Shown here: positions 34,501 through 49,500 of the stretch, piece after piece
How positions within the stretch are numbered: position 1 is the first letter of the stretch
Layout: each line of letters starts with the position of its first letter
DNA from: Eledone cirrhosa
Taxonomy: Eukaryota
Length of the DNA: 64,000 bases
Direction of reading: 5' to 3'
NCBI GenBank assembly: GCA_964016885.1
Contig: OZ024741.1
Location: 315,146,001 to 315,210,000 of the forward strand
The notes under the pieces: generated by a model
Databases searched by the model: none
What the model was told of the DNA's origin: nothing
The model's input: the letters and a program-made list of their open reading frames with translations, nothing else
Translations under genes and position numbers: made by a program

Positions 34501-37500
34501 ACCACAGGTGTTATTGTTAATACTGCCGCTGCTGCTGTTGTTATTGCTACAACAGATGTTATTGTTAATACTGCCGCTGATGCTGTTGTTATTGCTACAA
34601 CAGATGTTATTGTTAATACTGCCGCTGCTGCTGTTGTTATTGCTACAACAGATGTTATTGTTAATACTGCCGCTGATGCTGTTGCTATTGCTACAACAGA
34701 TGTTATTATTAATACTGCCCCTGATGTTGTTGCTATTGCTACCACAGGTATTATTGTTAATACTGCCGCTGATGCTGTTGTTATTGCTACAACAGATGTT
34801 ATTGATAATACTGCCGCTGCTGCTGTTGTTATTGCTACAACAGATGTTATTGTTAATACTGCCGCTGCTGCTGTTGCTATTGCTACCACAGGTGTTATTG
34901 TTAAAACTGCCGCTGCTGCTGTTGCTATTGCTACAACAGATGTTATTGTTAATACTGCCGCTGCTGCTGTTGCTATTGCTACAACAGATGTTATTGTTAA
35001 TACTGCCGCTGATGTTGTTGCTATTGCTACCACAGATGTTATTGTTAATACTGCCGCTGCTGCTGTTGCTATTGCTACAAAAGAAATTATTGTTAATACT
35101 GCCGCTGATGCTGTTGCTATTGCTACAACAGATGTTATTGTTAATACTGCCGCTGATGCTGTTGCTATTGCTACAACAGATGTTATTATTAATACTGCCG
35201 CTGATGTTGTTGCTATTGCTACAACAAATGTTACTGTTAATACTGCCGCTGCTGCTGTTGCTATTGCTGCAACAGATGTTATTGTTAATACTGCTGCTGC
35301 TGCTGTTGCTATTGCTACAACAGATGTTATTGTTAATACTGCCGCTGCTGCTGTTGCTATTGCTACAATAGATGTTATTGTTAATACTGCCGCTGCTGCT
35401 GTTGTTATTGCTACAACAGATATTATTGTTAATACTGCCGCTGATGTTGTTGCTATTGCTACAACAGATGTTATTGTTAATACTGCCACTGATGCTCTTG
35501 CTATTGCTACAACAGATGCTATTGTTAATACTGCCGCTGATGCTGTTGCTATTGCTACCACAGGTGTTATTGTTAATACTGCCGCTGCTGCTGTTGTTAT
35601 TGCTACAACAGATGTTATTGTTAATACTGCTGCTGATGCTATTGCTATTGCTACAAGAGATGTTATTGTTAATACTGCCGCTGCTGCTGTTGCTATTGCT
35701 ACAACAGATGTTATTGTTAATACTGCCGCTGCTGCTGTTGCTATTGCTACAATAGATGTTATTGTTAATATTGCCGCTGCTGCTGTTGTTATTGCTACAA
35801 CAGATATTATTGTTAATACTGCCGCTGATGTTGTTGCTATTGCTACAACAGATGTTATTGTTAATACTGCCGCTGATGCTGTTGCTATTGCTACAACAGT
35901 TGTTATTGTTAATACTGCCGCTGTTGCTGTTGCTATTGCTACCACAGGTGTTATTGTTAATACTGCCGCTGATGCAGTTGCTATTGCTACAACAGATGTT
36001 ATTGTTAATACTGCTGCTGCTGCTGTTGCTATTGCTACCACAGGTGTAATTGTTAATACTGCCGCTGCTGCTGTTGCTATTGCTACCACAGGTGTTATTG
36101 TTAATACTGGCGCTGCTGCTGTTGCTATTGCTACAACAGTTGTTATTGTTAATACTGGCGCTGCTGCTGTTGCTATTGCTACAACAGTTGTTATTGTTAA
36201 TACTGCCGCTGCTGCTGTTGCTATTGCTACAACAGATGTTATTGTTAATACTGCCGCTGCTGCTGTTGCTATTGCTACAACAGTTGTTATTGTTAATACT
36301 GCCGCTGCTGCTGTTGCTATTGCTACCACAGGTGTTATTGTTAATACTGCCGCTGCTGCTGTTGCTATTCCTACAACAGATGTTATTGTTAATACTGCCG
36401 CTGCTGCTGTTGCTATTGCTACAACAGTTGTTATTGTTAATACTGCCGCTGCTGCTGTTGCTATTGCTACCACAGGTGTTATTGTTAATACTGCCGCTGC
36501 TGCTGTTGCTATTGCTACAACAGATGTTATTGTTAATACTGCCGCTGCTGCTGTTGCTATTGCTACAACAGTTGTTATTGTTAATACTGCCGCTGCTGCT
36601 GTTGCTATTGCTACCACAGGTGTTATTGTTAATACTGCCGCTGATGCAGTTGCTATTGCTACAACAGATGTTATTGTTAATACTGCTGCTGCTGCTGTTG
36701 CTATTGCTACCACAGGTGTAATTGTTAATACTGCCGCTGCTGCTGTTGCTATTGCTATAACAGATGTTATTGTTAATACTGCCGCTGCTGCTGTTGCTAT
36801 TGCTGCAACAGATGTTATTGTTAATACTGCCGCTGCTGCTGTTTCTATTGCTGCAACAGATGTTATTGTTAATACTGCTGCTGCTGCTGTTGCTATTGCT
36901 ACCACAGGTGTAATTGTTAATACTGCCGCTGCTGCTGTTGCTATTGCTACCACAGATGTTATTGTTAATACTGCTGCTGCTGCTGTTGCTATTGCTACCA
37001 CAGGTGTAATTGTTAATACTGCCGCTGCTGCTGTTGCTATTGCTACAACAGATGTTATTGTTAATACTGCCGCTGATGCTGTTGCTACTGCTGCAACAGA
37101 TGTTATTGTTAATACTGCCGCTGATGCTGTTGCTATTGCTGCAACAGATGTTATTGTTAATACTGCCGCTGATGCTGTTGCTATTGCTACAACAGATGTT
37201 ATTGTTAATACTGCCGCTGATGATGTTGCTATTGCTACAACAGATGTTATTGTTAATACTGCCGATGATGCTGTTGCTATTGCTACCACAGGTGTTATTG
37301 CTAATACTGCCGTTGCTGCTGTTGCTATTGCTACAACAGATGTTATTGTTAATACTGCCGCTGCTGCTGTTGCTATTGCTACAACAGATGTTATTGTTAA
37401 TACTGCCGCTGATGCTGTTGCTATTGCTGCAACAGATGTTATTGTTAATACTGCCGCTGCTGCTTTTGCTATTGCTACAACAGATGTTATTGTTAATACT

Positions 37501-40500
37501 GCTGCTGATGCTGTTGCTATTGCTACAACAGATGTTATTGTTAATACTGCCGCTGATGCTGTTGCTATTGCTACCACAGGTGTTATTGCTAATACTGCCG
37601 TTGCTGCTGTTGCTATTGCTACAACAGATGTTATTGTTAATACTGCCGCTGATGCTGTTGCTATTGCTACAACAGATGTTATTGTTAATACTGCCGCTGA
37701 TGCTGTTGCTATTGCTGCAACAGAGGTTATTGTTAATACTGCCGCCGCTGCTGTTGCTATTGCTACAACAGATGTTATTGTTAATACTGCCGCTGATGCT
37801 GTTGCTATTGCTACAACAGATGTTATTGTTAATACTGCCGCTGATGCTGTTGCTATTGCTACAACAGATGTTATTGTTAATACTGCCGCTGCTGTTGTTG
37901 CTATTGCTACAACAGATGTTATTGTTAATACTGCCGCTGCTGCTGTTGCTATTGCTACAACAAATGTTATTGTTAATACTGCCGCTGCTGCTGTTGCTAT
38001 TGCTACAACAGATGTTATTGTTAATACTGCCGCTGATGCTGTTGCTATTGCTACAACAGATGTTATTGTTAATACTGCCGCTGATGCTGTGGCTATTGCT
38101 ACAACAGATGTTATTATTAATACTGCCGCTGATGTTGTTGCTATTGCTACCACAGGTGTTATTGTTAATACTGCCGCTGCTGCTGTTGTTATTGCTACAA
38201 CAGATATTATTGTTAATACTGCCGCTGATGTTGTTGCTATTGCTACCACAGGTATTATTGTTAATACTGCCGCTGATGCTGTTGCTATTGCTACAACAGA
38301 TGTTATTGTTAATACTGCCGCTGATGCTGTTGCTATTGCTACAACAGATGTTATTGTTAATACTGCCGCTGATGCTGTTGCTATTGCTACAACAGATGTT
38401 ATTGTTAATACTGCCGCTGCTGCTGTTGCTATTGCTGCAAAAGAGGTTATTGTTAATACTGCCGCCGCTGCTGTTGCTATTGCTACAACAGATGTTATTG
38501 TTAATACTGCCGATGATGCTGTTGCTATTGCTACAACAGATGTTATTGTTAATACTGTCGCTGATGCTGTTGCTATTGCTGCAACAGAGGTTATTGTTAA
38601 TACTGCCGCTGATGCTGTTGCTATTGCTACAACAGATGTTATTGTTAATAATGCCGCTGCTGTTGTTGCTATTGCTACAACAGATGTTATTGTTAATACT
38701 GCCGCTGATGCTGTTGCTATTGCTACAACAGATGTTATTATTAATACTGCCGCTGATGCTGTTGCTATTGCTACAACAAATGTTATTGTTAATACTGCCG
38801 CTGCTGCTGTTGCTATTGCTACAACAGATGTTATTGTTAATACTGCCGCTGATGCTGTTGCTATTGCTACAACAGATGTTATTGTTAATACTGCCGCTGA
38901 TGCTGTTGCTATTGCTACAACAGATGTTATTATTAATACTGCCGCTGATGTTGTTGCTATTGCTACCACAGGTGTTATTGTTAATACTGCCGCTGCTGCT
39001 GTTGCTATTGCTACAACAGATGTTATTGTTAATACTGGCGCTGCTCTTGTTGCTATTGCTACAACAGATGTTATTGTTAATACTGCCGCTGATGCTGTTG
39101 CTATTGCTACAACAGATGTTATTATTAATACTGCCGCTGATGCTGTTGCTATTGCTACAACAGATGTTATTATTAATACTGCCGCTGATGTTGTTGCTAT
39201 TGCTACCACAGGTGTTATTGTTAATACTGCCGCTGCTGCTGTTGCTATTGCTACAACAGATGTTATTGTTAATACTGGCGCTGCTCTTGTTGCTATTGCT
39301 ACAACAGATGTTATTGTTAATACTGCCGCTGATGCTGTTGCTATTGCTACAACAGATGTTATTGTTAATACTGCCGCTGATGCTGTTGCTATTGCTACAA
39401 CAGATGTTATTATTAATACTGCCGCTGATGTTGTTGCTATTGCTACCACAGGTGTTATTGTTAATACTGCCGCTGCTGCTGTTGCTATTGCTACAACAGA
39501 TGTTATTGTTAATACTGGCGCTGCTCTTGTTGCTATTGCTACAACAGATGTTATTGTTAATACAGCCGCTGATGCTGTTGCTATTGCTACAACAGATGTT
39601 ATTATTAATACTGCCGCTGATGTTGTTGCTATTGCTACCACAGGTGTTATTGTTAATACTGCCGCTGCTGCTGTTGTTATTGCTACAACAGATGTTATTG
39701 TTAATACTGCCGCTGCTGCTGTTGCTATTGCTACCACAGGTGTTATTGTTAATACTGCCGCTGCTGCTGTTGCTATTGCTACCACAGGTGTTATTGTTAA
39801 TACTGCCGCTGCTGCTGTTGCTATTGCTACCACAGGTGTTATTGTTAATACTGCCGCTGATGCTGTTGCTATTGCTACAACAGATGTTATTGTTAATACT
39901 GCCGCTGCTGCTGTTGCTATTGCTACCACAGGTGTTATTGTTAATACTGCCGCTGCTGCTGTTGCTATTGCTACCACAGGTGTTATTGTTAATACTGCCG
40001 CTGCTGCTGTTGCTATTGCTACCACATGTGTTATTGTTAATACTGCCGCTGCTGCTGTTGCTATTGCTACCACAGGTGTTATTGTTAATACTGCCGCTGA
40101 TGCTGTTGCTATTGCTACAACAGATGTTATTGTTAATACTGCCGCTGCTGCTGTTGCTATTGCTACAACAGATGTTATTGTTAATACTGCCGCTGATGCT
40201 GTTGCTATTGCTACAACAGATGTTATTGTTAATACTGCCGCTGATGCTGTTGCTATTGCTACAACAGATGTTATTGTTAATACTGCCGCTGATGCTGTTG
40301 CTATTGCTACAACAGGTGTTATTGTTAATACTGACGCTGATGCTGTTGCTATTGCTACCACAGGTGTTATTGTTAATACTGCCGCTGCTGCTGTTGCTAT
40401 TGCTACAACAGATGTTATTGTTAATACTGCCGCTGATGCTGTTGCTATTGCTACAACAGATGTTATTGTTAATACTGCCGCTGCTGCTGTTGTTATTGCT

Positions 40501-43500
40501 ACAACAGATGTTATTGTTAATACTGCCGCTGCTGCTGTTGTTATTGCTACAACAGATGTTATTGTTAATACTGCCGCTGCTGCTGTTGTTATTGCTACAA
40601 CAGATGTTATTGTTAATACTGCCGCTGATGCTGTTGCTATTGCTACAACAGATGTTATTGTTAATACTGCCGCTGCTGCTGTTGTTATTGCTACAACAGA
40701 TGTTATTGTTAATACTGCCGCTGCTGCTGTTGTTATTGCTACAACAGATGTTATTGTTAATACTGCCGCTGCTGCTGTTGTTATTGCTACAACAGATGTT
40801 ATTGTTAATACTGCCGCTGCTGCTGTTGTTATTGCTACAACAGATGTTATTGTTAATACTGCCGCTGATGCTGTTGCTATTGCTACAACAGATGTTATTG
40901 TTAATACTGCCGCTGATGCTGTTGCTATTGCTACCACAGGTGTTATTGTTAATACTGCCGCTGCTGCTGTTGTTATTGCTACAACAGATGTTATTGTTAA
41001 TACTGCCGCTGATGCTGTTGTTATTGCTACAACAGATGTTATTGTTAATACTGCCGCTGCTGCTGTTGTTATTGCTACAACAGATGTTATTGTTAATACT
41101 GCCGCTGATGCTGTTGCTATTGCTACAACAGATGTTATTATTAATACTGCCCCTGATGTTGTTGCTATTGCTACCACAGGTATTATTGTTAATACTGCCG
41201 CTGATGCTGTTGTTATTGCTACAACAGATGTTATTGTTAATACTGCCGCTGCTGCTGTTGTTATTGCTACAACAGATGTTATTGTTAATACTGCCGCTGC
41301 TGCTGTTGCTATTGCTACAACAGATGTTATTGTTAATACTGCCGCTGATGTTGTTGCTATTGCTACCACAGATGTTATTGTTAATACTGCCGCTGCTGCT
41401 GTTGCTATTGCTACAAAAGAAATTATTGTTAATACTGCCGCTGATGCTGTTGCTATTGCTACAACAGATGTTATTGTTAATACTGCCGCTGATGCTGTTG
41501 CTATTGCTACAACAGATGTTATTATTAATACTGCCGCTGATGTTGTTGCTATTGCTACAACAAATGTTACTGTTAATACTGCCGCTGCTGCTGTTGCTAT
41601 TGCTGCAACAGATGTTATTGTTAATACTGCTGCTGCTGCTGTTGCTATTGCTACAACAGATGTTATTGTTAATACTGCCGCTGCTGCTGTTGCTATTGCT
41701 ACAATAGATGTTATTGTTAATACTGCCGCTGCTGCTGTTGTTATTGCTACAACAGATATTATTGTTAATACTGCCGCTGATGTTGTTGCTATTGCTACAA
41801 CAGATGTTATTGTTAATACTGCCACTGATGCTGTTGCTATTGCTACAACAGATGCTATTGTTAATACTGCCGCTGATGCTGTTGCTATTGCTACCACAGG
41901 TGTTATTGTTAATACTGCCGCTGCTGCTGTTGTTATTGCTACAACAGATGTTATTGTTAATACTGCTGCTGATGCTATTGCTATTGCTACAAGAGATGTT
42001 ATTGTTAATACTGCCGCTGCTGCTGTTGCTATTGCTACAACAGATGTTATTGTTAATACTGCCGCTGCTGCTGTTGCTATTGCTACAATAGATGTTATTG
42101 TTAATATTGCCGCTGCTGCTGTTGTTATTGCTACAACAGATATTATTGTTAATACTGCCGCTGATGTTGTTGCTATTGCTACAACAGATGTTATTGTTAA
42201 TACTGCCGCTGATGCTGTTGCTATTGCTACAACAGATGCTATTGTTAATACTGCCGCTGATGCTGTTGCTATTGCTACCACAGGTGTTATTGTTAATACT
42301 GCCGCTGCTGCTGTTGTTATTGCTACAACAGATGTTATTGTTAATACTGCTGCTGATGCTATTGCTATTGCTGCAACAGGTGTTATTGTTAATGCTGCCG
42401 CTGATGCTGTTGCTATTGCTACAAGAGATGTTATTGTTAATACTGCCGCTGCTGCTGTTGCTATTGCTACAACAGATGTTATTGTTAATACTGCCGCTGC
42501 TGCTGTTGCTATTGCTACAACAGTTGTTATTGTTAATACTGCCGCTGCTGCTGTTGCTATTGCTACCACAGGTGTTATTGTTAATACTGCCGCTGATGCA
42601 GTTGCTATTGCTACAACAGATGTTATTGTTAATACTGCTGCTGCTGCTGTTGCTATTGCTACCACAGGTGTAATTGTTAATACTGCCGCTGCTGCTGTTG
42701 CTATTGCTACCACAGGTGTTATTGTTAATACTGGCGCTGCTGCTGTTGCTATTGCTACAACAGTTGTTATTGTTAATACTGGCGCTGCTGCTGTTGCTAT
42801 TGCTACAACAGTTGTTATTGTTAATACTGCCGCTGCTGCTGTTGCTATTGCTACAACAGATGTTATTGTTAATACTGCCGCTGCTGCTGTTGCTATTGCT
42901 ACAACAGTTGTTATTGTTAATACTGCCGCTGCTGCTGTTGCTATTGCTACCACAGGTGTTATTGTTAATACTGCCGCTGCTGCTGTTGCTATTCCTACAA
43001 CAGATGTTATTGTTAATACTGCCGCTGCTGCTGTTGCTATTGCTACAACAGTTGTTATTGTTAATACTGCCGCTGCTGCTGTTGCTATTGCTACCACAGG
43101 TGTTATTGTTAATACTGCCGCTGCTGCTGTTGCTATTGCTACAACAGATGTTATTGTTAATACTGCCGCTGCTGCTGTTGCTATTGCTACAACAGTTGTT
43201 ATTGTTAATACTGCCGCTGCTGCTGTTGCTATTGCTACCACAGGTGTTATTGTTAATACTGCCGCTGATGCAGTTGCTATTGCTACAGCAGATGTTATTG
43301 TTAATACTGCTGCTGCTGCTGTTGCTATTGCTACCACAGGTGTAATTGTTAATACTGCCGCTGCTGCTGTTGCTATTGCTATAACAGATGTTATTGTTAA
43401 TACTGCCGCTGCTGCTGTTGCTATTGCTGCAACAGATGTTATTGTTAATACTGCCGCTGCTGCTGTTGCTATTGCTACAACAGATGTTATTGTTAATACT

Positions 43501-46500
43501 GCTGCTGCTGCTGTTGCTATTGCTACCACAGGTGTAATTGTTAATACTGCCGCTGCTGCTGTTGCTATTGCTACCACAGATGTTATTGTTAATACTGCTG
43601 CTGCTGCTGTTGCTATTGCTACCACAGGTGTAATTGTTAATACTGCCGCTGCTGCTGTTGCTATTGCTACCACAGATGTTATTGTTAATACTGCTGCTGC
43701 TGCTGTTGCTATTGCTACCACAGGTGTTATTGTTAATACTGCCGCTGATGCAGTTGCTATTGCTACAACAGATGTTATTGTTAATACTGCTGCTGATGCT
43801 GTTGCTATTGCTACCACAGGTGTTATTGTTAATACTGCCGCTGCTGCTGTTGCTATTGCTACCACAGGTGTTATTGTTAATACTGCCGCTGATGCTGTTG
43901 CTATTGCTACAACAGATATTATTGTTAATACTGCCGCTGATGCTGTTGCTATTGCTACAACAGATGTTATTGTTAATACTGCTGCTGCTGCTGTTGCTAT
44001 TGCTACCACAGGTGTAATTGTTAATACTGCCGCTGCTGCTGTTGCTATTGCTATAACAGATGTTATTGTTAATACTGCCGCTGCTGCTGTTGCTATTGCT
44101 GCAACAGATGTTATTGTTAATACTGCCGCTGCTGCTGTTTCTATTGCTGCAACAGATGTTATTGTTAATACTGCTGCTGCTGCTGTTGCTATTGCTACCA
44201 CAGGTGTAATTGTTAATACTGCCGCTGCTGCTGTTGCTATTGCTATAACAGATGTTATTGTTAATACTGCCGCTGCTGCTGTTGCTATTGCTGCAACAGA
44301 TGTTATTGTTAATACTGCCGCTGCTGCTGTTTCTATTGCTGCAACAGATGTTATTGTTAATACTGCTGCTGCTGCTGTTGCTATTGCTACCACAGGTGTA
44401 ATTGTTAATACTGCCGCTGCTGCTGTTGCTATTGCTACCACAGATGTTATTGTTAATACTGCTGCTGCTGCTGTTGCTATTGCTACCACAGGTGTAATTG
44501 TTAATACTGCCGCTGCTGCTGTTGCTATTGCTACAACAGATGTTATTGTTAATACTGCCGCTGATGCTGTTGCTACTGCTGCAACAGATGTTATTGTTAA
44601 TACTGCCGCTGATGCTGTTGCTATTGCTGCAACAGATGTTATTGTTAATACTGCCGCTGATGCTGTTGCTATTGCTACAACAGATGTTATTGTTAATACT
44701 GCCGCTGATGCTGTTGCTATTGCTACAACAGATGTTATTGTTAATACTGCCGATGATGCTGTTGCTATTGCTACCACAGGTGTTATTGCTAATACTGCCG
44801 TTGCTGCTGTTGCTATTGCTACAACAGATGTTATTGTTAATACTGCCGCTGCTGCTGTTGCTATTGCTACAACAGATGTTATTGTTAATACTGCCGCTGA
44901 TGCTGTTGCTATTGCTGCAACAGATGTTATTGTTAATACTGCCGCTGCTGCTTTTGCTATTGCTACAACAGATGTTATTGTTAATACTGCTGCTGATGCT
45001 GTTGCTATTGCTACAACAGATGTTATTGTTAATACTGCCGCTGATGCTGTTGCTATTGCTACCACAGGTGTTATTGCTAATACTGCCGTTGCTGCTGTTG
45101 CTATTGCTACAACAGATGTTATTGTTAATACTGCCGCTGATGCTGTTGCTATTGCTACAACAGATGTTATTGTTAATACTGCCGCTGATGCTGTTGCTAT
45201 TGCTGCAACAGAGGTTATTGTTAATACTGCCGCCGCTGCTGTTGCTATTGCTACAACAGATGTTATTGTTAATACTGCCGCTGATGCTGTTGCTATTGCT
45301 ACAACAGATGTTATTGTTAATACTGCCGCTGATGCTGTTGCTATTGCTACAACAGATGTTATTGTTAATACTGCCGCTGCTGTTGTTGCTATTGCTACAA
45401 CAGATGTTATTGTTAATACTGCCGCTGCTGCTGTTGCTATTGCTACAACAAATGTTATTGTTAATACTGCCGCTGCTGCTATTGCTATTGCTACAACAGA
45501 TGTTATTGTTAATACTGCCGCTGATGCTGTTGCTATTGCTACAACAGATGTTATTGTTAATACTGCCGCTGATGCTGTGGCTATTGCTACAACAGATGTT
45601 ATTATTAATACTGCCGCTGATGTTGTTGCTATTGCTACCACAGGTGTTATTGTTAATACTGCCGCTGCTGCTGTTGTTATTGCTACAACAGATATTATTG
45701 TTAATACTGCCGCTGATGTTGTTGCTATTGCTACCACAGGTATTATTGTTAATACTGCCGCTGATGCTGTTGCTATTGCTACAACAGATGTTATTGTTAA
45801 TACTGCCGCTGATGCTGTTGCTATTGCTACAACAGATGTTATTGTTAATACTGCCGCTGATGCTGTTGCTATTGCTACAACAGATGTTATTGTTAATACT
45901 GCCGCTGCTGCTGTTGCTATTGCTGCAAAAGAGGTTATTGTTAATACTGCCGCCGCTGCTGTTGCTATTGCTACAACAGATGTTATTGTTAATACTGCCG
46001 ATGATGCTGTTGCTATTGCTACAACAGATGTTATTGTTAATACTGTCGCTGATGCTGTTGCTATTGCTGCAACAGAGGTTATTGTTAATACTGCCGCTGA
46101 TGCTGTTGCTATTGCTACAACAGATGTTATTGTTAATAATGCCGCTGCTGTTGTTGCTATTGCTACAACAGATGTTATTGTTAATACTGCCGCTGATGCT
46201 GTTGCTATTGCTACAACAGATGTTATTATTAATACTGCCGCTGATGCTGTTGCTATTGCTACAACAAATGTTATTGTTAATACTGCCGCTGCTGCTGTTG
46301 CTATTGCTACAACAGATGTTATTGTTAATACTGCCGCTGATGCTGTTGCTATTGCTACAACAGATGTTATTGTTAATACTGCCGCTGATGCTGTTGCTAT
46401 TGCTACAACAGATGTTATTATTAATACTGCCGCTGATGTTGTTGCTATTGCTACCACAAGTGTTATTGTTAATACTGCCGCTGCTGCTGTTGCTATTGCT

Positions 46501-49500
46501 ACAACAGATGTTATTGTTAATACTGGCGCTGCTCTTGTTGCTATTGCTACAACAGATGTTATTGTTAATACTGCCGCTGATGCTGTTGCTATTGCTACAA
46601 CAGATGTTATTATTAATACTGCCGCTGATGCTGTTGCTATTGCTACAACAGATGTTATTATTAATACTGCCGCTGATGTTGTTGCTATTGCTACCACAGG
46701 TGTTATTGTTAATACTGCCGCTGCTGCTGTTGCTATTGCTACAACAGATGTTATTGTTAATACTGGCGCTGCTCTTGTTGCTATTGCTACAACAGATGTT
46801 ATTGTTAATACTGCCGCTGATGCTGTTGCTATTGCTACAACAGATGTTATTGTTAATACTGCCGCTGATGCTGTTGCTATTGCTACAACAGATGTTATTA
46901 TTAATACTGCCGCTGATGTTGTTGCTATTGCTACCACAGGTGTTATTGTTAATACTGCCGCTGCTGCTGTTGCTATTGCTACAACAGATGTTATTGTTAA
47001 TACTGGCGCTGCTCTTGTTGCTATTGCTACAACAGATGTTATTGTTAATACAGCCGCTGATGCTGTTGCTATTGCTACAACAGATGTTATTATTAATACT
47101 GCCGCTGATGTTGTTGCTATTGCTACCACAGGTGTTATTGTTAATACTGCCGCTGCTGCTGTTGTTATTGCTACAACAGATGTTATTGTTAATACTGCCG
47201 CTGCTGCTGTTGCTATTGCTACCACAGGTGTTATTGTTAATACTGCCGCTGCTGCTGTTGCTATTGCTACCACAGGTGTTATTGTTAATACTGCCGCTGC
47301 TGCTGTTGCTATTGCTACCACAGGTGTTATTGTTAATACTGCCGCTGATGCTGTTGCTATTGCTACAACAGATGTTATTGTTAATACTGCCGCTGCTGCT
47401 GTTGCTATTGCTACCACAGGTGTTATTGTTAATACTGCCGCTGCTGCTGTTGCTATTGCTACCACAGGTGTTATTGTTAATACTGCCGCTGCTGCTGTTG
47501 CTATTGCTACCACAGGTGTTATTGTTAATACTGCCGCTGCTGCTGTTGCTATTGCTACCACAGGTGTTATTGTTAATACTGCCGCTGATGCTGTTGCTAT
47601 TGCTACAACAGATGTTATTGTTAATACTGCCGCTGCTGCTGTTGCTATTGCTACAACAGATGTTATTGTTAATACTGCCGCTGATGCTGTTGCTATTGCT
47701 ACAACAGATGTTATTGTTAATACTGCCGCTGATGCTGTTGCTATTGCTACAACAGATGTTATTGTTAATACTGCCGCTGATGCTGTTGCTATTGCTACAA
47801 CAGATGTTATTGTTAATACTGACGCTGATGCTGTTGCTATTGCTACCACAGGTGTTATTGTTAATACTGCCGCTGCTGCTGTTGCTATTGCTACAACAGA
47901 TGTTATTGTTAATACTGCCGCTGATGCTGTTGCTATTGCTACAACAGATGTTATTGTTAATACTGCCGCTGCTGCTGTTGTTATTGCTACAACAGATGTT
48001 ATTGTTAATACTGCCGCTGCTGCTGTTGTTATTGCTACAACAGATGTTATTGTTAATACTGCCGCTGCTGCTGTTGTTATTGCTACAACAGATGTTATTG
48101 TTAATACTGCCGCTGATGCTGTTGCTATTGCTACAACAGATGTTATTGTTAATACTGCCGCTGCTGCTGTTGTTATTGCTACAACAGATGTTATTGTTAA
48201 TACTGCCGCTGCTGCTGTTGTTATTGCTACAACAGATGTTATTGTTAATACTGCCGCTGCTGCTGTTGTTATTGCTACAACAGATGTTATTGTTAATACT
48301 GCCGCTGCTGCTGTTGTTATTGCTACAACAGATGTTATTGTTAATACTGCCGCTGATGCTGTTGCTATTGCTACAACAGATGTTATTGTTAATACTGCCG
48401 CTGATGCTGTTGCTATTGCTACCACAGGTGTTATTGTTAATACTGCCGCTGCTGCTGTTGTTATTGCTACAACAGATGTTATTGTTAATACTGCCGCTGA
48501 TGCTGTTGTTATTGCTACAACAGATGTTATTGTTAATACTGCCGCTGCTGCTGTTGTTATTGCTACAACAGATGTTATTGTTAATACTGCCGCTGATGCT
48601 GTTGCTATTGCTACAACAGATGTTATTATTAATACTGCCCCTGATGTTGTTGCTATTGCTACCACAGGTATTATTGTTAATACTGCCGCTGATGCTGTTG
48701 TTATTGCTACAACAGATGTTATTGTTAATACTGCCGCTGCTGCTGTTGTTATTGCTACAACAGATGTTATTGTTAATACTGCCGCTGCTGCTGTTGCTAT
48801 TGCTACCACAGGTGTTATTGTTAATACTGCCGCTGCTGCTGTTGCTATTGCTACAACAGATGTTATTGTTAATACTGCCGCTGCTGCTGTTGCTATTGCT
48901 ACAACAGATGTTATTGTTAATACTGCCGCTGATGTTGTTGCTATTGCTACCACAGATGTTATTGTTAATACTGCCGCTGCTGCTGTTGCTATTGCTACAA
49001 AAGAAATTATTGTTAATACTGCCGCTGATGCTGTTGCTATTGCTACAACAGATGTTATTGTTAATACTGCCGCTGATGCTGTTGCTATTGCTACAACAGA
49101 TGTTATTATTAATACTGCCGCTGATGTTGTTGCTATTGCTACAACAAATGTTACTGTTAATACTGCCGCTGCTGCTGTTGCTATTGCTGCAACAGATGTT
49201 ATTGTTAATACTGCTGCTGCTGCTGTTGCTATTGCTACAACAGATGTTATTGTTAATACTGCCGCTGCTGCTGTTGCTATTGCTACAATAGATGTTATTG
49301 TTAATACTGCCGCTGCTGCTGTTGTTATTGCTACAACAGATATTATTGTTAATACTGCCGCTGATGTTGTTGCTATTGCTACAACAGATGTTATTGTTAA
49401 TACTGCCACTGATGCTGTTGCTATTGCTACAACAGATGCTATTGTTAATACTGCCGCTGATGCTGTTGCTATTGCTACCACAGGTGTTATTGTTAATACT